A DNA stretch of 60,739 nucleotides, from assembly GCA_047971215.1 (NCBI GenBank), contig JBKDZI010000016.1, positions 1 to 60,739 on the forward strand, read 5' to 3'. Shown here in pieces: positions 17,873 through 27,316 of this stretch. Position 1 is the first letter of the stretch, and each line of letters starts with the position of its first letter. The translations under genes and the position numbers were made by a program. The notes under the pieces were generated by a model. It made no database searches, was not told the origin of the DNA, and worked only from the letters and a program-made list of their open reading frames with translations. This stretch comes from Bacilli bacterium (GTDB lineage Bacteria > Bacillota_I > Bacilli_A > RF39 > JBKDZI01).

Positions 17873-18535
17873 ATGATAGAAAGTACATGGAATAAACTTT
17901 TAAAAAAAGAATATAATAAAGAGTATTTTAAAAAATTAATTAAAAATGTTAATTATGAATATGAGAATTTTACTGTATTTCCAAAAAAAAATGAAATTTT
18001 TAAAGTATTTAGGATTACACCTTTTGAAGACATTAAAGTTGTTATTTTAGGTCAAGACCCATATCATGGAGATAATCAAGCTAATGGTCTTTGTTTCTCA
18101 GTAAATACTGGAGTAAAATTACCACCATCACTTTTAAATATTTATAAAGAACTTCAAAATGATTTAGGATATAAAATTAGTGAGAATGGGGATTTAATCA
18201 ATTGGGCAAAAGAAGGGGTATGTTTACTTAATTCATGTTTTACTGTAAGAAAAAAACGACCTGGTTCTCATAAAAATTTTGGTTGGGAAATATTTACTGA
18301 TGAAGTAATTAAAGTAATTAGTGAAAATAAAGAAAATGTAATTTTTATTTTATGGGGTAGTTTTGCAAAAGAAAAAGAAAAACTTATTGATACAAGTAAA
18401 CATTATATAATTAAGTCTGTTCATCCTTCTCCATTTTCGGCTAATAATGGATTTTTTAATAGTAAACCTTTTTCCAAAACTAACCAGTTTTTAAAAGAAA
18501 AAAATATAAAACCTATTAATTGGGAAGTAAAATAA
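17873..18535 (+). CDS. ung: Uracil-DNA glycosylase (family 1)
   Basis: Motif A GQDPYHG..QANGLCFSV and motif B HPSPFSA. ATG 17873 is preferred over TTG 17861. Confidence 0.95.
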   Translation: MIESTWNKLLKKEYNKEYFKKLIKNVNYEYENFTVFPKKNEIFKVFRITPFEDIKVVILGQDPYHGDNQANGLCFSVNTGVKLPPSLLNIYKELQNDLGYKISENGDLINWAKEGVCLLNSCFTVRKKRPGSHKNFGWEIFTDEVIKVISENKENVIFILWGSFAKEKEKLIDTSKHYIIKSVHPSPFSANNGFFNSKPFSKTNQFLKEKNIKPINWEVK

Positions 18536-18566
18536 ATAGTATATAATATTCTTGTTAGGAGTTAAA

Positions 18567-19070
18567 ATGAATAGTAGTAAAGAATTTGAAAATATTGTAA
18601 AAGATATTTTAAATAATAAAGAATTTATAAAATTAAAAAATATAAAACATCATGGAATATCAAGATATGAGCATTCACTTTCTGTTGCAAAAAAAAGTTA
18701 TAAAATGTTCAAGAATTTAAATTTAGATTATGTATGCGCAACAAGAGCTGCACTTCTTCATGATTTTTTTCATGTAGAACATGATAAAAATTTTATAAGT
18801 AGGATGAAGTACTTTTTTATTCATCCTAGTTTGTCTAAAGAAAATTCAACAAGTCATTACAATTTAACTAAAAAGCAAATAAATATAATAGAATCTCATA
18901 TGTTTCCAACCTCAATTAAACTTCCAAAAAGTAAAGAAGCAATTGTAGTTTGTTTAATAGATAAATTAGTTGCTTTAAATGACTTTTTAACAAAATTTAG
19001 TTTTTCAACGAGAAAAGTTTATAATGGGGTTTTTATAGCTACAATTTTTACAGTAGTAAAATCAATATAA
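18567..19070 (+). CDS. HD-domain phosphohydrolase
   Basis: H...HS and LLHDFFH metal-binding motifs. RBS AGGAG precedes ATG 18567. Confidence 0.7.
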   Translation: MNSSKEFENIVKDILNNKEFIKLKNIKHHGISRYEHSLSVAKKSYKMFKNLNLDYVCATRAALLHDFFHVEHDKNFISRMKYFFIHPSLSKENSTSHYNLTKKQINIIESHMFPTSIKLPKSKEAIVVCLIDKLVALNDFLTKFSFSTRKVYNGVFIATIFTVVKSI

Positions 19071-19124
19071 AAAATTGTTTTCATTTCAGTAAAAAAGGTA
19101 TATAATTATATCAAGGAGGAAAAA

Positions 19125-19826
19125 ATGAAAATTATCGAAGAAAAAAATTTAAAAATTCAAAAAAATGATAATGGTTTATCTAATTTTTTTAACAAAGTAT
19201 TTATTTGGATGTTTATAGGACTTCTTATTACAGCTATTACAGGTAATATAGTTGCTTCAAACTATGAAATTCAAAAATTAGTATTTAGCATACCACTATT
19301 ACCAATAATTTTGATTATAGTTGAACTTGCTTTAGTATTTATGCTTTCAAGGGCAGTATCAAAACTTAATCCCAGAAAGGCTAAATTAATGTTTATTCTA
19401 TTTTCATTTGTAAATGGGCTTAGTTTTTCAGTAATATTTTTAGCTTATGAAATAGGTACAATAGCATATGCATTTTTTGCAGCAGCAATATTGTTTGGAG
19501 TATTTTTTATACTTGGTTTATTAGTTAAAATGGATTTATCAAAAGTTGGTAATATACTTTTTGGAGCTTTACTAACACTAATAATAGTTTCAGTTATTAA
19601 TATGTTTATAGGAAGTAGTGTAGTAAATTTTGGTTTATCAATTGTAGGTTTAATTATCTTTTTAGGACTTACGTTATATGATGCAGCAAAACTTAAAAAA
19701 ACTTATAATCAAATAAAAACAGAAGAAAAATCAGTTGAGTCACTTGCTATTATTGGTGCTCTTGATTTTTATCTTGACTTTATAAATATTTTCTATTTTT
19801 TATTAAATTTATTTGGTGATAATTAA
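19125..19826 (+). CDS. Bax inhibitor-1/YccA-family membrane protein
   Basis: 233 aa, about 7 TM helices. C-terminal LYDAAKLKK...ALDFYLDFINIFYFLL is characteristic of the BI-1 family. Confidence 0.8.
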   Translation: MKIIEEKNLKIQKNDNGLSNFFNKVFIWMFIGLLITAITGNIVASNYEIQKLVFSIPLLPIILIIVELALVFMLSRAVSKLNPRKAKLMFILFSFVNGLSFSVIFLAYEIGTIAYAFFAAAILFGVFFILGLLVKMDLSKVGNILFGALLTLIIVSVINMFIGSSVVNFGLSIVGLIIFLGLTLYDAAKLKKTYNQIKTEEKSVESLAIIGALDFYLDFINIFYFLLNLFGDN

Positions 19827-19915
19827 CATCCTTTGAATGTTTTTTATTATATTTATAATCTTGTGTTATAAATTTTAATATGCTATAATTTATTAGAAAG
19901 GTAAGCGGTGTATTA

Positions 19916-22356
19916 ATGTTAGAAATTAAAAATATTACTAAAGTATATAATATTGGTAAATATAGACAAGTCGCATTAAACAGTGTAAGTGTTAATTTTA
20001 GAAAAAATGAGTTTGCATCAATTCTTGGACCTTCTGGTTCTGGTAAAACAACACTTTTAAATATATAGGTGGATTAGATCAATATGATGTTGGAGATTTA
20101 ATTATTAATGGTGTAAGTACAAAAAAATATAGTGATAGAAATTGGGATACTTATCGTAATCACAAAATAGGTTTTGTATTTCAAAGTTATAATCTTATAT
20201 CACATCAATCAATACTTTCAAATGTTGAACTTGCTTTAACATTATCTGGTGTTTCAAAATCTGTTAGAAAACAAAGAGCAAAAGATGCATTAATTAAAGT
20301 AGGTTTAAAAGATCATGTAAATAAAAAACCAAATCAATTATCTGGTGGACAAATGCAAAGAGTTGCTATTGCTCGTGCACTTGTAAACAATCCAGATATA
20401 TTACTTGCAGATGAACCAACAGGGGCATTAGATTCAAAAACAAGTATTCAGATTATGGATTTATTAAAAGAAATAGCTACAGAAAAATTAGTTATTATGG
20501 TAACTCATAATAAAGATCTTGCAGAAAAATATTCTACTAGAATAATTAACTTAAAAGATGGTAATATACTTGAAGATTCTAATGTTTATGAAAGCAAAGA
20601 CCTTGCAACTGAAAACAAGAAAATAAAGGTTAAAAAAACATCAATGAAATTTTTTACTGCTTTAGGATTTAGTTTAAATAACTTACTTTCTAAAAAAGGT
20701 AGAACAATATTAACTTCTTTTGCAGGAAGTATAGGTATTATAGGAATTGCTATGATATTATCATTATCTACAGGAGTTCAAGATTATATAGATCGTGTTC
20801 AAAAAGAAACTTTATCTAGTTATCCAATTTCTATAGAATCTAATACTGTAGACATGACAGCAATGTTTGAATCATCTATGGGAAATTTAGACGAAAAAAC
20901 TAAAAAAAATGATAATAAAATTTCTACACAAGATGATATTACAAATAATCCATATTTAGTTATTCAAAATTCTATTTATAAAAATAATTTAGAAGAATTT
21001 AAAAAGTATTTGGATAAAAACAAAAATAAAATTGATAAATATACAACTGATATTCAGTATGATTATAATATTGATTTACAAATATATAGTGATTATAATA
21101 AAAAAATAGTAAAAGTTAATCCTAATACACTAAATCTTATGCCAGGTATTTCATCTAATTATAGTGATGCAAATTTAAATATGCAGCAAAACGATGTTTT
21201 TCAAGAATTAATTAGTAGTAAAAATTTATTTACTAGTCAATATGAAATTTTATCTGGTAAAGCTCCAACTTCATACAATGAATTAATATTAATAGTTGAT
21301 GAAAATAATACAATTCCTATGTCTGTGATGTATGCTTTAAATATAGAAAATCGTGATGAAATAAATAATATATTTAAAAAGATTTTAAATGATGAAAAAG
21401 TAAAAATTGATAAAATAGAATATGATTTTAATGAATTAATTGGATTATCTTATAAATTAGTTTCAAAATCTAATTATTATGAAAAAATAGAAAATATTTG
21501 GGTTGATAAAAGTGATGAACAAGAATATTTAAGAAAATTAGTTGAAAATGGTACAGAGTTAAAAATAGTAGGTATTGCAAAAATAAGTGATAATGCTGTT
21601 TCAGCTACAAGTGGTTTTATTGGATATACACATGAATTATCTAATTACATAATAAATGAATCAAGTAAAACTCAAATAGTAAAAAATCAATTAGAAAATC
21701 CTAAAATAAATATATTTACTGGGAAAAATTTTGATGATTTAAATTCAAGTTATGAAAATAATTTATCAATGATAGGATATGCTGATTTAAAAAAACCTGA
21801 AACAATTACTATTTATCCAACAAATTTTCAATCAAAAGAAAAAATTCAATCTATTATTGATGATTATAATAAAAATAAACCTAGCTCTGAACAAATAATT
21901 TATACAGACTTAGTTGGTAGTTTAATGTCTGGTGTAGTTTCTATTGTAAATGTAATTACATATATATTAATTGCATTTGTATCTGTTTCATTAATAGTAT
22001 CTAGTATTATGATATCAATAATTACTTATATTTCTGTATTAGAGAGAACTAAAGAAATTGGTATACTTCGTGCGGTTGGTGCAAGTAAAAAAAATATTTC
22101 AAGAGTATTTAATGCTGAAACAGTTATTGAAGGATTTATAGCTGGTATGATTGGTGTTAGTGTTACATATCTTTTAGGTATTCCAATTAATGCAATAGTT
22201 GAAAATGGTTTTGGAATAAGTAAAATATGCTATCTGCAAATTAATCATGCCATTATATTAGTTTGCATTAGTGTCGTTTTAACAGTAATAGCTGGAATAA
22301 TACCTGCTAAAATAGCAAGTAAAAAAGATCCAGTACAGGCACTTAGAAGTGAATAA
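19916..22356 (+). pseudogene. MacB-like ABC transporter, fused ATPase and FtsX-type permease, interrupted by a 1-nt frameshift just after Walker A
   Basis: Frame 1 (19916-20068) gives MLEIKNITKVY...ILGPSGSGKTTLLNI*. The protein continues in the next frame from 20068 as GGLDQYDVGDL...LSGGQMQRVAIARAL...LLADEPTGALD, then the permease through 22356. The expected TLLNIIGGLD would need aatataATAggt; the sequence reads aatatataggt. Confidence 0.8.
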
Positions 22357-22384
22357 AAAAGGAACAATATTAAATGTCCTTTTT

Positions 22385-23536
22385 TTATTTAATTATAATT
22401 GGCATACTTTGAAATTCAGTTTTTATCATTTTTTTTTGCATATCCTCAGAAAAAAGAGCTGAATAAATAAGTGTGGCTTTAAAATCTATTTTTAGTACAT
22501 CTGAAATACTTGGGTCATATTTTGTAATTAAAGGAATTGATATTTCTTTTTTTATTTCATTTAAATATTTTTGACCCTTTTTTGTAAAACCTAGAAGTCT
22601 TAAATAATCTACTTTTGAAAGTAAAACTTTATCTTCTTTAGTAACACCTATTAAAATTTGAGTAAGTGCTCTAGTAATTTTATTATGTGTATAATTTTTA
22701 CTCTTTACTTTTTCAATTAAATCTTTATATGTAAAAGAATTTAATATAGACGATTTAATTCTACCACTTAATCCTTCATCTATAGTTAAAAACTTTTCAA
22801 GATTATCTATTTCACTAATAATTTTATACTTAATTAAATTAAAATAATCATCTATAAATATAGGATTATCTAATTTATTATAAGTTAAATTTGGTACATA
22901 ATCATAAACTTCATTATGATCTTTTATAGCTTTTCTAATACTAGTAGCACTAGCTATTTCTTCCAGTTTATCACTATGAAAATCATTAGTTCTTGCAATA
23001 GTAATAGGTTTAATATGAGTTTTTTGTTTTAATATTTCTTTTATGTAACACATTCCAAGTATGTCATTTGGTTTATCTAAAGTAAGTCCTGTTGTTTCTT
23101 TTAAAGCAATTGAAAGAGCAAATGGATAACTATAACCATTAGATAAATATTGTTTTAATATGTTTTTAAATTCACGACTTTCTTCTTCTAAAGTAGCAAG
23201 TTTAGAAAGTTTTTCAATATCATTACTTTCACTTCCAAAAACTAAATGGGTGCATTTCATTTCATTTAAAATAGAAATTGATCCAAATGCAAAATAATCT
23301 GCTGATTGACAAGCAAATATAAATGGAAGTTCTAAAACAATATCAACTCCATAAGATAGAGCAATTTTTGTTTTATCCCATTTATTTATAATACTTGCAT
23401 CTCCTCGTTGAGTAAAATTACCTGATAAAACTAAAATTATAGTAGGGTTATTAAACATTTCTTTTATTTTTTTTATATGATGAATATGCCCATTATGCAT
23501 AGGATTATATTCAGCTATTATTCCAACTATTTCCAT
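22385..23536 (-). CDS. tmcAL: tRNA(Met) cytidine acetate ligase (YlbM/UPF0348 family)
   Basis: N-terminal nucleotidyltransferase signature GIIAEYNPMHNGHIHHI. About 383 aa. Located near rpmF, as ylbM is in Bacillus. Confidence 0.8.
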   Translation of the reverse strand: MEIVGIIAEYNPMHNGHIHHIKKIKEMFNNPTIILVLSGNFTQRGDASIINKWDKTKIALSYGVDIVLELPFIFACQSADYFAFGSISILNEMKCTHLVFGSESNDIEKLSKLATLEEESREFKNILKQYLSNGYSYPFALSIALKETTGLTLDKPNDILGMCYIKEILKQKTHIKPITIARTNDFHSDKLEEIASATSIRKAIKDHNEVYDYVPNLTYNKLDNPIFIDDYFNLIKYKIISEIDNLEKFLTIDEGLSGRIKSSILNSFTYKDLIEKVKSKNYTHNKITRALTQILIGVTKEDKVLLSKVDYLRLLGFTKKGQKYLNEIKKEISIPLITKYDPSISDVLKIDFKATLIYSALFSEDMQKKMIKTEFQSMPIIIK

Positions 23537-23857
23537 AATATCACCTAAGTAAATAGTACCACAATTAAGTGTTTAAAAAAAGCTATTAATATTGATATTA
23601 AGTTATAATGTTGTATAATGAATGTAGATAGAAAGAAAAATATTTAAAATTTTAAAAATAAATTATTACCAGGATTAAGTTGTAGGCTATGTTCTTGAAT
23701 TTATAAAATAGTAATAAGCTATATCACAAATAATATAATACTATTTCAATATTTGAATATTTAATTCATTATAAATGATAATAGGATAAATATTAAGAAG
23801 AAAATTTTAATATGGCTAATATTAATTTAATTTAAATACAATTTTTAATAAAATCTG

Positions 23858-23886
23858 TTGAAATAATTACAATAATAAGGTATAAT
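23858..23886 (+). promoter_or_regulatory. Candidate sigma-A promoter for rpmF
   Basis: TTGAAA (23858-23863), 17-nt spacer, consensus TATAAT (23881-23886), about 55 nt upstream of the rpmF start. Confidence 0.5.
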
Positions 23887-23944
23887 CTAGAAGTGTGATA
23901 TTAATGTTTAAATAACATATATATAAAAGGGAAGGAGGCCGATT

Positions 23945-24142
23945 ATGGCAGTACCAGCAAGAAGAGTTAGTAAAACTAGGAAAAGAATGAGAAGAAGTCA
24001 TATGGCTTTAACTGAAAATCAAACAACAACTTGTACAAACTGTGGTGCAACTATTAGACCACATAGAGTATGTAGAGAATGTGGTTTTTACAAAGGTAGC
24101 AAAGTTATTGTAACTAAAGCTGAAAAACGTGAAAACAATTAA
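23945..24142 (+). CDS. rpmF: 50S ribosomal protein L32 (Zn-ribbon form)
   Basis: MAVPARRVSKTRKRMRRSH... N-terminus with a CTNCG...CRECG pair. RBS GGAGG. Confidence 0.95.
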   Translation: MAVPARRVSKTRKRMRRSHMALTENQTTTCTNCGATIRPHRVCRECGFYKGSKVIVTKAEKRENN

Positions 24143-24429
24143 TTAAAGATTTATTATTTATAAATCTTTTTTTGTCATAAAGGAGACCAACTATTAGAAA
24201 TCAAGCCCTTTTTTAAAGAAATATTTATATTGGAAAGATTCCACGCCAAAAGCCTTCAAAATAAACATTTTTTTAAAGGTAGAATTTGATTAGTTTTTTA
24301 CACTGGTTTATTGGCCACATGAAATTTATTTATGTATTCTCGTAATATAAAACATCTAGTGTTAACTAACTGATCAACAATCAAAATAAAAACTGTGGTT
24401 AGAGTCTTCTTAAACAGTCAAGCTGTATA

Positions 24430-24451
24430 ATTATAACAAATTTGTTATAAT
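24430..24451. promoter_or_regulatory. Perfect 22-bp palindrome overlapping an extended -10 element upstream of the glycosyltransferase gene
   Basis: attataacaaa|tttgttataat is self-complementary. It contains TGtTATAAT (24443-24451) on the + strand and the same element on the - strand. Confidence 0.4.
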
Positions 24452-24524
24452 ATACAAATTTTATGGAAAGGAATAATCAGTTGGAATACTTCATATTCCC
24501 TAATACTGATTATACGAGAGATTT

Positions 24525-25517
24525 ATGAAAGTTTTATTAGTAGAAGATATTCAGTCTAAATCTGGTGTAGGAGTCGCAATTAAACATCAAAAGAAAGCTT
24601 TACTTTCTAATAATATAGAGGTTACAAGTGATTTAAAATGTAAAGATTATGATGTAATTCATTTAAATCTTATTTTACCAAAATCTTATTTTATGGCTAA
24701 AAAAGCGAAAAAACAAGGTAAAAAAGTAGTATTTCATGGACATTCAACTAAGGAAGATTTTCAAAATTCTTTTGTTGGATCAAATATGATTGCTCCACTT
24801 TTTAAACAATGGATTAAAATGTGTTACAATGCTGGAGATATAATTTTAACCCCAACACCATATTCTAAAAGTATTTTAGATACTTATAAATTAAAAAGAG
24901 AAATTTATTCAATTAGTAATGGTATTGATACTAAATGGTTTACTAAAAATAAAAAAGAAGGTAAAAAATTTAGAGAGAAGTATGGTTATACTAAAGATGA
25001 TAAAATTATTATTGGCATCGGACATTTAATCTATAGAAAAGGTATTGATGATTTTATAAATCTTGCAAAACAATTACCTGAATATAAATTTATTTGGTTT
25101 GGAAATTTAAATTTTCCTTTAATAACTTCTCAAATTAAAAAATTAATTGCAGACAAAAGTGATAATCTCAAATTTGTATCTTTTGTACCAAGGGAAGAAA
25201 TTATACATGCACTTAGTGGTTCTGATTTATTTTTATTTCCTTCAAGAGAAGAAACAGAAGGTATAGTAATGCTTGAAGCACTTTCTACTGAAATTCAAGT
25301 TTTATGTCGTGATATTCCAGTATATGATAAGTGGTTAGAACATGGAAAAAGTGTATATAAAGCACAAAATTTTGAAGATTTTAAAAATTTAATTAAACAA
25401 ATTTTAGAAAAAAAGCTAACTAATACTATAAAAGAGGGTCATAAAGTAGCTAAGGAACGAGATTTAGAAAAAATAGGAGCACAATTAGTAAGTTATTATG
25501 AAAAAATTGATAAATAA
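24525..25517 (+). CDS. GT-B fold glycosyltransferase (GT4 / group 1 family)
   Basis: C-terminal donor-binding region ...LFLFPSREETEGIVMLEALS... (the E-x7-E motif of GT4 enzymes). 330 aa. Confidence 0.75.
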   Translation: MKVLLVEDIQSKSGVGVAIKHQKKALLSNNIEVTSDLKCKDYDVIHLNLILPKSYFMAKKAKKQGKKVVFHGHSTKEDFQNSFVGSNMIAPLFKQWIKMCYNAGDIILTPTPYSKSILDTYKLKREIYSISNGIDTKWFTKNKKEGKKFREKYGYTKDDKIIIGIGHLIYRKGIDDFINLAKQLPEYKFIWFGNLNFPLITSQIKKLIADKSDNLKFVSFVPREEIIHALSGSDLFLFPSREETEGIVMLEALSTEIQVLCRDIPVYDKWLEHGKSVYKAQNFEDFKNLIKQILEKKLTNTIKEGHKVAKERDLEKIGAQLVSYYEKIDK

Positions 25518-25639
25518 AACACAATGTTTATATTTGCACAAACATATGTTCTAATCCCTTGTAAAATAAGTGTTTGAGCTTATTTTTTTTTGTAAAATTT
25601 TATCAAAATGCTTTACTTTATTTTATAAAAATAGTACTA

Positions 25640-25680
25640 TTGTGGTACAAGGTGGTTAAAAGTGGAGTAAAGTGGGGTGG
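25640..25680 (+). promoter_or_regulatory. Four GTGG direct repeats phased exactly 10 bp apart, a candidate MraZ operator
   Basis: tGTGGtacaa gGTGGttaaa aGTGGagtaa aGTGGggtgg, with GTGG at 25642, 25652, 25662 and 25672. The array lies between a weak promoter-like TTTACT-17-TACTAT (25612-25640) and the mraZ start. Confidence 0.6.
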
Positions 25681-25685
25681 TTATA

Positions 25686-26123
25686 ATGTTGATGGGTGAA
25701 TTTCATCATAATATTGATGACAAAGGCAGAATAATTATTCCTACAAAATTAAGAAATTTACTAAATGAACAAATAATTATAACAAGAGGTCTTGATGGTT
25801 GTTTGTTTGCATATTCAAAACTTGAATTTGATAAAATAGTAAATAAACTTAAAACTCTTCCATTTACAAAAAAAGATGCCAGAAGTTTTAATAGATTCTT
25901 TTTATCTGGTGCCACTGAATGTTTATTCGACAAACAAGGTCGTATAAACATTCCAAGTCCTTTATGTGAATATGCTGCTTTAGAAAAAGACTGTATTATA
26001 ATTGGAATGAATGATAGAATTGAAATTTGGGATAAAAATAAATTCAACTCATTTATGAATAGTAATAAAGAAGATATAAGTGAAATTGCTGAAAATTTGT
26101 TTGGAGATGATTTTAATTTATGA
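25686..26123 (+). CDS. mraZ: Transcriptional regulator MraZ
   Basis: MLMGEFHHNIDDKGRIIIPTKLR and a second SpoVT/AbrB-like repeat, DKQGRINIPSPL. TGA stop overlaps the rsmH ATG. Confidence 0.95.
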   Translation: MLMGEFHHNIDDKGRIIIPTKLRNLLNEQIIITRGLDGCLFAYSKLEFDKIVNKLKTLPFTKKDARSFNRFFLSGATECLFDKQGRINIPSPLCEYAALEKDCIIIGMNDRIEIWDKNKFNSFMNSNKEDISEIAENLFGDDFNL

Positions 26124-27037
26124 AACATATAAGTGTACTTAAAAATGAATCTATTGCTGGTTTAAATATTAAAGAAAATGGTATTTATGTTGATGCAACT
26201 CTTGGTCTTGCAGGACATAGCAGTGAAATTTTAAAAAGAATAAAAAGTGGAAAATTACTTGCCTTTGACCAAGATTTATATGCTATAGAAGAAAGCAGAA
26301 AATTACTTTCTTCTATAAGTGAAAATTACGAAATTATATATAGTAATTTTAGTAATATAAAAGAAGAATTATATAAAAGAAATGTTAAAAAAGTTGATGG
26401 AATTTTATTTGATATTGGAGTATCAAGTATGCAGTTAGATGAAGATTATAGGGGTTTTAGTTATCATAAAGCTGCACCTCTTGATATGAGGATGGATACT
26501 AATAATACAATATTTGCAAAAACAGTAGTTAATGAATATTCTATGCAAAAATTAATTGAAATATTTTATAAATATGGAGAAAGTAAATATGCTAAAAGTA
26601 TTGCAAGAAATATTGTTGAAAAAAGACCTATAAATACAACATTAGAACTTGCTGAAATAATTAAAGCTTCTGTTCCATTTAAAGAAAAAAGACATACTCA
26701 TCCAGCTAGAGTTATATTTCAAGCAATAAGAATAGAAGTTAATAATGAACTTGAAGTTTTTGAAAAAGCTTTAAAAGATTCATTTGATTTAGTTAAAGTT
26801 GGTGGAAGAATTTGCGTAATTACTTTTCATTCACTTGAAGATAAAATATGTAAATATCTATTTAAAAATGTAACAACCTTAAATGAAGAACTACAAGATG
26901 TTTTAGACTTACCTCAAAAGTATAAGCCAGACTTTAAATTAATATCTAGAAAAGGTATTAAACCAACAAAAGAAGAATTAAAATTTAATAATAGAAGTAG
27001 AAGTGCTACTTTAAGAATAATTGAGAGGGTTAAATAA
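26120..27037 (+). CDS. rsmH: 16S rRNA (cytosine1402-N4)-methyltransferase RsmH (MraW)
   Basis: HISVLKNE..., DATLGLAGHS, FDIGVSSMQLD, TFHSLEDK. Confidence 0.95.
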   Translation: MKHISVLKNESIAGLNIKENGIYVDATLGLAGHSSEILKRIKSGKLLAFDQDLYAIEESRKLLSSISENYEIIYSNFSNIKEELYKRNVKKVDGILFDIGVSSMQLDEDYRGFSYHKAAPLDMRMDTNNTIFAKTVVNEYSMQKLIEIFYKYGESKYAKSIARNIVEKRPINTTLELAEIIKASVPFKEKRHTHPARVIFQAIRIEVNNELEVFEKALKDSFDLVKVGGRICVITFHSLEDKICKYLFKNVTTLNEELQDVLDLPQKYKPDFKLISRKGIKPTKEELKFNNRSRSATLRIIERVK

Positions 27038-27038
27038 T

Positions 27039-27302
27039 ATGAAAAAAGGGAAAAGAAGTTTAATGTTTTTTATTTATCTATTTGTTTTTATGTCACCACT
27101 TGCTATAATAGCAATGAAAGCTAGTATTACAAAAGCTAATATTAATTATGAAAAAGTAAATAAAGAATATGCAAATATTTCTGAAGTTAATATAAATTTA
27201 GAAATGAAAATTAATGAACTTGCATCTCTTGATAGAATTCGTGAAGTTGCAGAAAGTTATGGTCTTGCTTACAATAATGAAAATATTAAAAATGTAGAAT
27301 AA
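27039..27302 (+). CDS. ftsL: FtsL-like cell division protein
   Basis: 87 aa: basic N-terminus, one TM helix, then a coiled-coil segment. Located between rsmH and the PBP gene. Confidence 0.6.
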   Translation: MKKGKRSLMFFIYLFVFMSPLAIIAMKASITKANINYEKVNKEYANISEVNINLEMKINELASLDRIREVAESYGLAYNNENIKNVE

Positions 27303-27316
27303 AGGGGTTGTGGATT

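Noticed and set aside
25706-26128. 140-aa ORF on the minus strand across mraZ
   Set aside because: It is entirely antisense to a strongly supported mraZ gene. It has low-complexity Ser/Leu/Ile-rich composition and no RBS, which is typical of a shadow ORF in AT-rich DNA.
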